Source: Basidiobolus meristosporus CBS 931.73 (taxonomy: Eukaryota > Fungi > Basidiobolomycota). From it: a stretch of DNA of 64,000 bases. Positions 26,094 to 37,191 of the stretch are shown here, one piece after another. Every line of letters begins with the position of its first letter. The stretch's first letter is position 1. The notes below the pieces were generated by a model. The model was not told the origin of the DNA. It did not search any database and saw nothing but the letters and a program-made list of their open reading frames with translations. The position numbers and the translations under genes were made by a program. The stretch is from positions 1 through 64,000 of the forward strand of contig MCFE01000463.1 of NCBI GenBank assembly GCA_002104905.1, written 5' to 3'.

Positions 26094-26745
26094 AGTGGTG
26101 GTGTATAGGTCCAATGGAGAGATATGTCCAACACTTTTCAAGCATTTTCTGTGTCAGGTGCTCACTGGGTGCAATAACCTCTGGCAAATGCTTGCTAGGA
26201 ATACTTGGGTTCTGTCTCTAATCTGATGTGACAAGGAGTAAAGAAACAAGCTTGTCAAGGGAAAACTATTGAGCTACAATCCTCAACTTGGTTGGTGTTT
26301 TGACAAAAGTATGTGCTGGTTTCAGCTTCCTTTGAGATGACAATGCACCAAAGCTTCCCAAGTCAAACAACTGCAAACTCCACCAGCAGGGACTTGATAA
26401 GAAAGCAGCTGTGGTCAATAGTTACCAAGTGAGAAAAGTATCTTTGCCTGTTTCCTGAGAGTGTCCTGTGGTCTGGCGCTGGAAGTTCAGGTAGCAGCAG
26501 GTAGCAGTGATCACGCTAATAAACAAGTTGGTATATTGATGAAAGGGATGGTGATTTATTGCTGAGGGATGGCCTCCCTTACATAATTTTCTCACTGGCT
26601 AAGTGATTAATAATCATGGTGTTCCAGAAGGTTCCAGAGATCAATCAAAATCTCAATGACATCAGAATAAGCTAAGAGTATTCTAAGTAGGTGTTGAATG
26701 GTTCTAAGGGGCTGGGCACAACCAACCAATAAGGAATCAGTACTC
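26094..26745 (-). repeat. Truncated, diverged family 1 LTR
   Basis: (A)GTGGTGGTGTATAGG start, homologous to the LTR at 13586; outer flank is CTGG. Confidence 0.8.
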
Positions 26746-28260
26746 AAAAAAAAGAGATTTGAATGAGATTTTTGTCTCAAATTACTAATGTACTATGTGA
26801 TATATTAGTAGAGCTAAGTAGCTTCCAAGAGCAAAATACACCAGACTCATCCAGGCAGCAGTTCCAAAGTATCAGATAGTGGATAAGTGATTACCTTAAG
26901 GACTCAGAAGGTTAGCTTCAAGAGGAAGAATACATACCACAAGTAACAGTGTCAAGATTGCAGCAGTATGCCTTGCTAGATTCCTTACCATACCTTGCAA
27001 CTTCAGTGCACCAGCACATGTCAGTCTAAACTACACCAACACCCTTCACAAGAATGCCCCGCATCAGGTCAACATATGTTTGGTCAATGCTTGCACTTCA
27101 GAGCAAAACCACCAGAACTTGCCAAACTGCTCATTTAGACACAAGCCCATTGGAGCAGGCCAAGCTGTATCAACAAGTGGCATCACATCAAACTCAGCCA
27201 AGGGACATACCAGTGCATCAAGTCATGCTTTCACATGCCATTACACCTGACTATTAGCAAGTTACTTTGGGTGAACTGACTGATGATGACCCACATGAAG
27301 TGCCTCCACCATCAGAGCCTCTGGCAAGTAAAAGAACACATCAATGTGTAGCACTGCAGGCTGGTTGAGTAGCCTCATCCAGTGCAATTTGGCGCAGCCA
27401 AGCTGCAGCATGAGCTCATTAACTAGGAGGCAAAACACTGACTATAAATACGCAAGTAGCCTAGAGGTTAGTCAACAAGCAAGTAGTTTAGGTGTGCAAA
27501 GCAAATCCCTACCAGATGCTTCAGTAGTAATCCCCTTGGGAAAAAAACCTTTGAGAAGATGATGCGCTTGCATTGAATTGCTATTATTTGTCATAAATCA
27601 AATGACTCATTGTTGTTGTGATCCAAATTGAACCATTGCAAATTGCTGATCATTAAATTTTTGATATAAGTAAAATCAAGATTTTCTCACATTTGAGACA
27701 GAACCCCCATAAACAAGCACCCTGCATATATGTAATTATCTGTAACAATAGTGCAGCTATTTGAGCTGATTTGCGCCTAGAAAATTGGTTGTGTGCTTGC
27801 TTAATGGGCAAAATGGGATATATGATGGCAAACCAGGTAGCTTGTGTATGGTCAGAGTACCTATTGAGGGCTGACAGCCTCAGGATACTTTTGGACTAAT
27901 TAACCACCAAGATACCATCAAATAGGAGTGATGGTAGCCTTGATGGTAAGTATCAGAGTAGTTTTTAGTGTCGTATGCATTTATTTCCAGTTACATAAAG
28001 AAACATATCCAAATACTAGATATTACCTACCATAATAGTAGTATCCAATTGCGCACATAATGCAATCATTACAAGTAGACACAATCATTTGAGCCAACCT
28101 CACCATGTCAGATTGTGCCATAGTGTGCAAGATTGTGCCACATGGTGCAAAATTGCTCAAGAGCAATCCTAACTACTGCTAGCTATAATTTGGAGCCAGA
28201 TTGTTCTTAGAGACCACTGATTGTGCTGCACACCCTGGCACAGTACAATGGAATCAGTCT
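26746..28260 (-). mobile_element. Harbinger-like element copy 2 (inverted, truncated); includes the terminal TIR
   Basis: Reverse complement of positions 1-461 and 7651-8230 without the Ty3 insertion. It ends GGAATCAGTCT at 28260, followed by ACT. Confidence 0.85.
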
Positions 28261-28728
28261 ACTTACTAATATGGGTGGTGGTGATGTTATGATTGCTACT
28301 TGCTGGTCTTCAACTGAGGGTACTGTGCTTGCTACATTCTCATCTGCCTGAGCATAATAGTCAGCTTGTGGCTCTGCTGAGGTTCTCAATTCCTCACTTC
28401 ACTAAGAGCCTGAGGAGTCCACATTATTACCTTCAGTGGGCACACTATTGACATAGTCTTTTTTTGGATGTGGCCCTGCTTGTTACACTGAATGTCAAAG
28501 CAAGCTGTTGTCCAACCCTTCTTCTGCTGCCATCAGTGGTGGGGTTTTCCTGGGAACCAGACAACTTTGCTTTATTGTTCAGTGGCATATATATGGTGGT
28601 GAGTCAAACTAAAGAGGAAAAAGTGTTACATATATGTGAGTATGTAGTGCCACAACTTTATTTAAAATGCTTAATATGACAGGTTGTCACTGAATCTTAC
28701 CTTCATGTAGGTGCAATGTCTAAAATAC

Positions 28729-31700
28729 TGTTACAAGTGCTGATATACAAGTTGTAGAGGAATAGGGAGTTAAGCTAGTATTGTATTCACTAAAACTTGA
28801 GCTGATTTTTATTGAGGTTCCAGCAGCTCCTTATTTACATTTTGCCAGATCAATTGCCAACTAATTGTGTTTCCTAATGTAGGCTATGGCTGATGACTCC
28901 ATTGATTGCATAATCATCACCCAATTAAATCCTACTTAATATATTTATATCTGTCCAATAAGGATCTGCTGATTTGTTTGCTTACTAATGCTACTGATTT
29001 GACTAAAAATTGATCTTACTTAAACATTCAAGCAGTAGATCATAACATTCTCCCCCATTAATGTTGAGAGGGTTCTCCTGAATCTCTTACTTGTGGTACC
29101 AATATCTTGATGGTTCAGTATTATCAGCAAGTCTTGCAAGTTTGAGTCTGTCCCTATGCATTGAGTCTTCCCAGATATTGCCTTGTTTATCCACTAGTTA
29201 GTAAGTTGCAAATGGACATACTCTGATAATTTTGAATGGTCTTGACCATTGTGGCTCAAACTTCTTCTGAGTGTTGTTTCTTGGTAATACAAAGTTCCTA
29301 ACTGTCAATGCTTCCAGTGCTATAGTCATACCAAATCCCTGCTTCATCCTTTCTGCACATTGAAAACTTTGGTGCGTGTCTCTTGACGTCTTTTTTCCAG
29401 CTGCTGGTGTCTACATGGCTGACTGAGTTCAACTTCTAAGGTGTCTGTAAGCTATGGTTGTGTTAGATCCCCTGGAATCCTTGGTTTACACCCATGCACC
29501 AAGTAAAATGACAATTCTTGGGTGGTGTTGTGTACTCTGACTCTACATGCAAAGAGTGCTTAGTCTATATACTCATCCCAACTACTGACAACTACATTTG
29601 CATACTCGGTAAGCATTTTTCCGGATAATCCATTAAACCATTCAGTGACTCCATTAGTTCTGGGGTGATATGCCAAGATTTTCAAGTGTTTGATCTGCTG
29701 CATTTCCAGGTAAGCTTCCAATGTCTTTGCCATAATGCTTGCACCTCTATTGGATAGAATCTCTACAGGGCATCCAAGCTTCATAAGGATCTCATGGTAG
29801 ATGAAACTTGCAACATCTTGTTCACTGGCTATGGGTACAGCTTTAGCCACTGGCCATTTGGTGGCATTGTCAATTATTACTAGGATCCAACGGTTGCATT
29901 TCCTGATAGTTGGCAGTCTCCCAACAGAGTCAATTCCCCATCTTTCAAATGGTCTTGCAGGCTCCAAGGGGAAGAGTTCAGCAATTCTCTATGGTTGGCC
30001 TTGGTTGAGTTGGCAATTTGGGCATGTTTCATTCTGGGCCACCATGCTCTGGCTTTCACATGACTAAAGGTTCCTTCTATTCCAAGATGTACACATCCAT
30101 TGTGTAGTTTATGTATTAAATTCAGGCAAGCAACATGAGGGCAATATGCAATAGGGCTTCCATCATCAACTTTGTAGAGTGTTTCATCCTGTACTACAAA
30201 CTTGCTGGCTTCATCCCAGATTATCTTCTTGATCTCTTCATCCACCTCATTAGGAATGGCTTGGTTGTCCAAGCACTTTGGTAATAGGCTAGGCCAATCT
30301 GATTCATGCACTAAGCTGAATTGTGCAACTTGTTCTAGTCTTGATAAGGCATCAGCAATTATTCATTTATCTCAGGGCAGTAGACAATCTCTAAGTCAAA
30401 TTGCTGATGTATTCACTCCATCTTGACAATCCTCTGGAGAGTACTTTCTGAGTAATTTTATACTTGAGAGAGGCATGATCAGTCTTCACAGTGCATTTGA
30501 CTCCTTCCATATAGCATCTCCATGTCTTCAAACAGTGCATTATAGCAAGCATCTCTTTTGATGCACTGAATAGTTTTGTTCTGCTGAGCTCAGTTTCTTG
30601 AACTCAAAGGTAATTGGGTAGTCCTTTTCCTTGTATTCTGGGCTCAACACTCCACCAATTGCATAATCTGAAGCATCTGTTCACAGAGTATACCTCTCAC
30701 AGACTCCAATCATTATTCATATGCATAAGCAACAAATGCAAAGACTGGATGAGCTGGATACGGATTTATTCAAGTGGCATTCTAAAGCCATTCCTACCAA
30801 TAGTACATTGGAAGCATTGGGAGTCATATGTGGACATTGTAGGTATTTTTATCCAGAAGTGGATTGCAAATGCCTACTTGACACTGTTGCAATTTAAGAA
30901 GTGATTTGGATATAAGGAACCTATCAAGAAATAGTGATAATAGTTGAACTGTTGTTTATTAATAAAGAAGCTCAGTATTTATACCTTTGTAGAAGTAACA
31001 CAGCTCTAATACTGAGTAAGGAGGGTTTCTCAATATTCTGGAGCATTCTGTAACAGTTTCAGGGTTAGTATATAATAGTTAGTATTAGTGCTTTGATCCT
31101 GACTATAGGGGAATAATCATAAGATTGCAGATCTGAAGAAAGGGGCAAAGTTAGAGCTGTAAGTTAGTCCCGCAGTGACCAAGACTATTCCAGAATTGTC
31201 AAGTAAATTTTTAGCTGTAGAATGATACCAAATAGTCCAATATTTCAACAGATTCTTCTGCACAGCATCTATTTCTATTGGCACTGCAACTGATTAGCTT
31301 CTTTTATAGTGACTGTAGCCTCCCTGATTAGTCATTGTGGGCTCCCCAATTTCACACTAAGGTTGCTCTTGACATGGTTTTTGCTGGTTCTGCACCATGG
31401 TAGTCATTCTTTGTTGCTGCTGACTAAGGATCTGGAGTAACTGTTGCTGATGGACCATGATTTGCGGCATAGCATTCTTCCATTCTTGATTTTCAGATAT
31501 CTTGAGGGGGGGCTTATTTATTCAGGAGGGGGGGTGGTTTCTGGTGATTGCTGCTACCAATGTTACAAGTCTTGACATAAGAATTGTGGAGGAATAGGAA
31601 GTTTAGCCAGTATTGTATTCATCAAAACTTGAACTGATCTTTATTCAGATTCCAGCAGCTCTTTATATACATTTTGTCAGTTGCTGACTAAATGTGCTTC

Positions 31701-31800
31701 CTAATGTGGGCTGTGACTTATGACTCAATTGATTGCATCATCATCACCCAATTAGATTATACTCAAAATTTCTATTTCTGTACATCTGTCCTTAGTATTT
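28729..31800 (-). mobile_element. Decayed Ty3/gypsy: 3' LTR 28729-29047, IN, RH, gag fragment, partial 5' LTR from 31561
   Basis: Integrase motifs WGIDSVGRLP and YHPRTNGVTEWFN. PPT reverse complement next to 29047; TGGTAGCAG PBS-like sequence next to 31561. Confidence 0.8.
30885..31250 (-). repeat. Diverged LTR related to the young copia LTR
   Basis: Reverse complement of the 32869-33237 LTR with many substitutions. Flanks GACAC and GATTC do not form a clean TSD. Confidence 0.85.
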
Positions 31801-33237
31801 TCCAATTATTCCTAACTGTCCTCCATGTGCCAACTCAGCTTATTTGTGACAGACTTGAAGGTAATATTCTTGATGGGACTGGGATATGTTTGTACCTGCA
31901 ACTTGACTTGGCTTCCTATCTCCCAAAACTGCCATACCATAGGAAACTCCCAAAAGGTGAAGCAAGGTCCAATATACCCAGCAAACCAAGTAAGATGGAG
32001 TAGCAAATGAATACTGTAGCAGCAGGGATCTACATGTTAAGATTTATTTTTGAGGTACAGCCTCTGAAATCCCATTACTAACCACTTGCACAAAAGCTTT
32101 AGATGTGCCAAGTTAACATTAGTGATCTGCTTCTGGATAAGTATCCCTACAATGTACACATTTAACTCCCAATGCTTCTAAAGTACTGTTGGTAGAAATA
32201 GCTTCAGAAGGCCACTTGAATAAATACATACCCAGTTCATCTAGTCCTTGCACTTGTAGTGTGACATATGTGTCTGAATGTTGATTGGAGCTTGTGAGAG
32301 CTGCTTTGGGTAGTGGATACTCTGTAATATCTTGCCAATCATTCAAATATTTCCGGTATTCTTAAGGACTCATTTGGCTTGAAATGCCCCATATGCAACT
32401 TGGTTGCCAGTGTATGGATATTGCCAAAAAGCAAATGCATTGCTACCAGAGGAGGGCTTTTGCTCTAACAAATACCCTGTATCTTAAGTATATCTGGTTT
32501 CCAATCAATTCCATATTCTGGCTGATTGCTTATAGCTTGCCAACTCTATTGCAATTGCATGCTAACTTCTATACATTCTCTCTGTGGAAAATGATGATTT
32601 TAGTGTTGGTGTTGTGGTATATAATACGGGTTAGTTATGGAGTAAGACCCATGGATATCACATGTTTAACAGCAATACCATCCATTGTGTGCAGAAAAGC
32701 TGGCTATTTGCTCATAGCTGGGGTATCTCCAATGCAGATAATGAAATGCACTTTGCCATGACTGCCATTTACTTTTATTCTGCTGGAGGGCATATAAAAT
32801 CCATCCAGCAATGGATACAGGTAGCAATCCAGTTTAGACGGCAATATAGGCCCAGATACCAGTGAGACTGTTGAAATATTGGACTATTTGGTATCATTCA
32901 GCAGCTAAAAATTTACTTAACAATTCTAGGCTAGTCTTAGTCACTGTAGGACTCATTTACTGCCTTTACTTCGCCACTTTCTCCAGATATATGATCTTAT
33001 GATTATTCCCCTATAGTCAGGATCAAATTAGCACTATTACCAAACATTATGTACTAACCCTGAAACTGTTACAGAATGCTCCTGAATATTGAGAAACCCT
33101 CCCTACTTAGTGTTGCAGCTGTATTACTTCTACAAAGGTATAAATACTGAGCTTCTTTATGAATAAACAACAGTTCAACTATTATCACTATTTCTTGATA
33201 AGTTCCTTATATCCAAATCACTTCTTAAATTGCAACA

Positions 33238-33249
33238 GGTTATGAGCCC
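33238..33249 (+). promoter_or_regulatory. PBS complementary to the anticodon stem-loop of initiator tRNA-Met (half-tRNA priming)
   Basis: GGTTATGAGCCC directly after the LTR, the Ty5/Drosophila copia type of PBS. Confidence 0.85.
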
Positions 33250-33273
33250 CGATTGCCTTAATCTATTCTAAAG

Positions 33274-36200
33274 ATGACTTCTACCAGCAAACAAAGCAAT
33301 ACCAACATCTTCCCTGTAAAGGAGAGGTTTGATGGGAAGAACTACAGACTTTGGAGAATCAAGATGCAGATCCACCTTGAGGAAAGAAAGCTTTGGAATA
33401 TAGTAACAGGAAAGGAAGTTGAGCCCAAAGGAACAGCAGAAGATGTGGAGAAGTTTCAAGAGAAGGAGAGAAAGGCCTTCAATGCAATATGCATCAATGT
33501 GCAAGACTCCTTCATTGGACAAATCCATGCCTCAAATACTGCCAAAGCAGCATGGGAATCCTTGGAGAAGATCTTTAGAGCAAAGTCAGTATCAAGCAAG
33601 CTTTATTTGAAACGAAAGTTCTTCAACATGAGAAAAAAGCCAGATGATGACATGCTACAACTCATTACCAGAATGGAGACACTTGCAGAAGAACTTTACA
33701 GTATTAATGCTGGTGTAGATGATGAAGAAAAGATACTCTGTCTGCTTTGCAGCCTACCAGACGAGTATGAGCCACTCATACTTTCTTTTGAAAGCAGAGA
33801 AGACAACTTGACTTTAGACTATGTCAAAGGAAGACTTCTCCATGAAGAACTCAGACGTAATGACCAAGCAGAGAAAATTGAAGATAATGCTTTATTCAGT
33901 TCAGAAAGGCATACAGAAAAGAAGGGAAAGCAACAAAACCGAAGAAAACCTGGCTGCTGTAACTACTGTAAGAAGCCAGGACACTGGGCAAGAGAATGCA
34001 AGAAGAAACAAGCAGACGAAAAACAGAAACTAGAGCAGGCAAACCATATAACTACTGATGAACAGCTATTTGTCACTGTACAAGAGAGTGCAAGTAACCG
34101 AAGTAATGAATGGTATATTGACTCTGGAGCATCACAGCATATTTGTGGTATAAAGGATTGGTTCAGCAACTTAAAGACTATTCCCGTAAGAAAGGTTTAT
34201 CTGGGAGATAACTCTGCATTGGAAGCTACCGCCAGTGGGTCCATACAACTAAATATGAGTGATAACTCAGGGGCAACAACAGCAAAACTGACTGACGTAC
34301 TCTATGTACCTGGAATAGCTAAGAACCTACTCTCAGTCAGTAAAGCAACTACTCAGGGACTGAAATTCGTTTTTACTAAGCTGAGCTGCTCAATATTGAG
34401 TGAAAATGGACAAAAATTAGCTTCGGGAATCAGAGATCACAATATATACAAGTTACAATGCAAGATCATTGTACCTGAGTATGTCAACATTGCTGAAACC
34501 GATGAAACCAACTGGGAGACGTGGCATAGGAGGCTAGGACACATAGGGGAACAGAAAATGAGCCAATTGGTGAAAAATCAGCTTGTTTTGGGCCTAAAAT
34601 ACTCAATTCCGATCAAATTGAATGTTTGTAAAGGATGTTCATATGGCAAACAAGCTAGGCAACGTTTCAAGAGCTCAGAAGGCATCAATACCACCGAAAT
34701 ATTGGCTATTGTACACTCAGACATATGTGGCCCCATGAGAACACTGTCCTTTGGAGCCAAGAGATACTTTATGACGTTTATTGATGACAAGACAAGATAT
34801 ACATGGGTGTACTTCCTCAAAACAAAGGATGAAGCTTTAGAGACGTTTAAGCACTTCAAGAACATGGCAGAAACACAAACTGGGTGTAAATTGAAGGTAC
34901 TACGAAGTGACAATGGAGGAGAATACTGCTCAAAGGAGTTTGCAAAATACTGCTTGTCTACTGGTATACTTCAACAGACCACAGTTCCTCATACTCCACA
35001 GCAAAATGGAGTAGCAGAACGTGCAAACAGAACAATAGTAGAGATGGGAAGATCTATGCTACATGATAAGGGAATGGACTACAAGTTTTGGGCTGAATCT
35101 GTTGCTACCGCTGTATACATCAAGAACAGATGCCCAACAACAGCACTACGTGATTCTACACCCTTTGAAGCATATACAGGCAAAAAACCAGATCTCCAGC
35201 ACCTCAGGATCTTTGGCAGTGATGTTTTTTATCACATCCCTGACAAAAAACGCTCAAAGTTGGAACCAAAGAGTAGAAAAGGGATCTTTCTTGGGTATTG
35301 TGAAGGTACTAAAGGGTATAGAGTGTATGATGGCGAAATTCAGAAGCTGATCAAGAGCAGGGATGTTGTATTTGAGGAGAATTCAGATCAGAAAGCCACA
35401 GAAATCATTGGCCAGCTGCGTGATGATGCAATCAACACAAATGAAGAAGATACGTACCAAATCCAGCCAGAGATGGAAGATACTTCTACCAGTTCCAGAT
35501 CAGAACAGATTATCCCAGTTAGGAGATCTACCAGAATAAGAAATGCCCCTGGATCCTGGTGGCAGACATCCAATGATCATGAAGAAGCTTATCTTGCCTT
35601 ATGTGCCGAACCTCAGAATCTGGAACAGGCAATGCAAGGTCCAGATGCTACTAAGTGGCAACAAGCCATGCAGGAGGAGTACCAATCACTGATCAAGGCA
35701 AAAACGTGGGAACTGGTAGATTTACCAAATGGGAGAAAGCCAATAGGATGTAGATGGGTCTATAAGATCAAGATAACCTCAAATGGTGCCGTTGATAAGT
35801 ACAAGGCTAGATTGGTAGCTAAAGGCTATTCCCAGATCCAGGGACTAGACTTTAAGGAAACATTTGCTCCGGTTGCCAAGTTTAACTCTATTAGGACAGT
35901 TCTAGCCCTGGCAGCTGTACACAGTCTAGATCTACACCAAATGGACGTCAAAACAGCCTTTCTAAATGGGGATTTGCAAGAAACTATATATATGGAGCAA
36001 CCAGAAGGTTTTACCAATCCAAAAAGCCCCCATAAGGTGTGCAAACTTAGAAAATCGTTGTATGGGCTTAAGCAGGCACCCAGAGCATGGTATAACAAGA
36101 TTGACACATATCTAGAGGAAATTGGGTTCTCTCGTAGCACTGCAGATCACAGTATATATGTGAAACAGCTCAAAAAGGGTGTGATCATCCTAGTTCTTTA

Positions 36201-37191
36201 TGTGGACGACCTAATTATAGCTACAAGTGATCAAGAGGCACTTAAACAGACGAAATCAGATCTCTTCAGCAAGTTTGAGATGAAAGATCTTGGAAAATTG
36301 AGCTATTTTCTTGGAATTGAGGTCAAATTTGACATACCTACGCAGAAAATTGTGCTGAATCAGTCTAAGTACATCAGGGACATTCTTAGACGCTTCAAAA
36401 TGGAAAATTGCAAACCTGCAGCAACCCCTATGGACAATAACCTGAAATTAAGCAAATCTCAGCCAGTTATGGATGAAAACGGCTCAAATATGGACCAAAA
36501 CTTTCCCTATCAATCAATGGTCGGTAGCCTAATGTACTTGATGGTGTCTACACGTCCAGATATTGCAGTAGCAGTTGGAATAGTCAGTCAATTCATGCAG
36601 AATTATGGATCAGATCAAATTGCAGCAGTTAAGCGGATTTTCAGATATCTACAAGGTACCATAAATATGGTACTGGAATACTCTGGAGCAGCTAATAGGC
36701 GAAAATTTGATGGTTATAGTGATTCAGATTGGGGTAGAGATCTGATTGACAGACGCTCTACCACAGGCTATGTATTTCTTTATGCTGGTGCAGCTATTAC
36801 TTGGAATTGCAAGAAACAACCAACTGTGGCACTATCTACAACTGAAGCCAAATATATGGCTGCATGTCAAGCAACTAAGGAGGCTATATGGCTACAAAAA
36901 TTATTCAAAGACTTAGGTTTTAATTCAGGTGAACCAACATGTATTTACAAGGATAATCAAAGTTGTATTTCATTAGCTAGAAATCCTACTAATCATGCCA
37001 GAACTAAGCACATTGATATACAGCATCACTTTGTGAGGGAAGCTGTAGAAAATAACTTAGTAGAGCTGGTTTACTGCCCAACTGACAAAATGGTGGCAGA
37101 CATATTGACAAAACCACTAGCTAGGCCACAGTTTGAGATCCTTAGAGAGAAATTGGGATTAAGAAATTATTTAGTTGAGGGGGAGTGTTGA
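33274..37191 (+). CDS. gag-pol: Copia Gag-Pol polyprotein, 1305 aa (Gag, zinc knuckle, PR, IN, RT, RNase H)
   Basis: Uninterrupted ORF with CNYCKKPGHWAREC, WYIDSGAS, HSDICGPM, SDNGGEY, YVDD and YSDSDW. It reads TEAKY where other copies read TEAEY. Confidence 0.98.
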   Translation: MTSTSKQSNTNIFPVKERFDGKNYRLWRIKMQIHLEERKLWNIVTGKEVEPKGTAEDVEKFQEKERKAFNAICINVQDSFIGQIHASNTAKAAWESLEKIFRAKSVSSKLYLKRKFFNMRKKPDDDMLQLITRMETLAEELYSINAGVDDEEKILCLLCSLPDEYEPLILSFESREDNLTLDYVKGRLLHEELRRNDQAEKIEDNALFSSERHTEKKGKQQNRRKPGCCNYCKKPGHWARECKKKQADEKQKLEQANHITTDEQLFVTVQESASNRSNEWYIDSGASQHICGIKDWFSNLKTIPVRKVYLGDNSALEATASGSIQLNMSDNSGATTAKLTDVLYVPGIAKNLLSVSKATTQGLKFVFTKLSCSILSENGQKLASGIRDHNIYKLQCKIIVPEYVNIAETDETNWETWHRRLGHIGEQKMSQLVKNQLVLGLKYSIPIKLNVCKGCSYGKQARQRFKSSEGINTTEILAIVHSDICGPMRTLSFGAKRYFMTFIDDKTRYTWVYFLKTKDEALETFKHFKNMAETQTGCKLKVLRSDNGGEYCSKEFAKYCLSTGILQQTTVPHTPQQNGVAERANRTIVEMGRSMLHDKGMDYKFWAESVATAVYIKNRCPTTALRDSTPFEAYTGKKPDLQHLRIFGSDVFYHIPDKKRSKLEPKSRKGIFLGYCEGTKGYRVYDGEIQKLIKSRDVVFEENSDQKATEIIGQLRDDAINTNEEDTYQIQPEMEDTSTSSRSEQIIPVRRSTRIRNAPGSWWQTSNDHEEAYLALCAEPQNLEQAMQGPDATKWQQAMQEEYQSLIKAKTWELVDLPNGRKPIGCRWVYKIKITSNGAVDKYKARLVAKGYSQIQGLDFKETFAPVAKFNSIRTVLALAAVHSLDLHQMDVKTAFLNGDLQETIYMEQPEGFTNPKSPHKVCKLRKSLYGLKQAPRAWYNKIDTYLEEIGFSRSTADHSIYVKQLKKGVIILVLYVDDLIIATSDQEALKQTKSDLFSKFEMKDLGKLSYFLGIEVKFDIPTQKIVLNQSKYIRDILRRFKMENCKPAATPMDNNLKLSKSQPVMDENGSNMDQNFPYQSMVGSLMYLMVSTRPDIAVAVGIVSQFMQNYGSDQIAAVKRIFRYLQGTINMVLEYSGAANRRKFDGYSDSDWGRDLIDRRSTTGYVFLYAGAAITWNCKKQPTVALSTTEAKYMAACQATKEAIWLQKLFKDLGFNSGEPTCIYKDNQSCISLARNPTNHARTKHIDIQHHFVREAVENNLVELVYCPTDKMVADILTKPLARPQFEILREKLGLRNYLVEGEC

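Noticed and set aside
28261-28728. Unassigned stretch with a 71-aa ORF (28464..28679) as a possible host gene
   Set aside because: It has no recognisable motif, is short and is flanked by TEs, so there is not enough evidence to call it.
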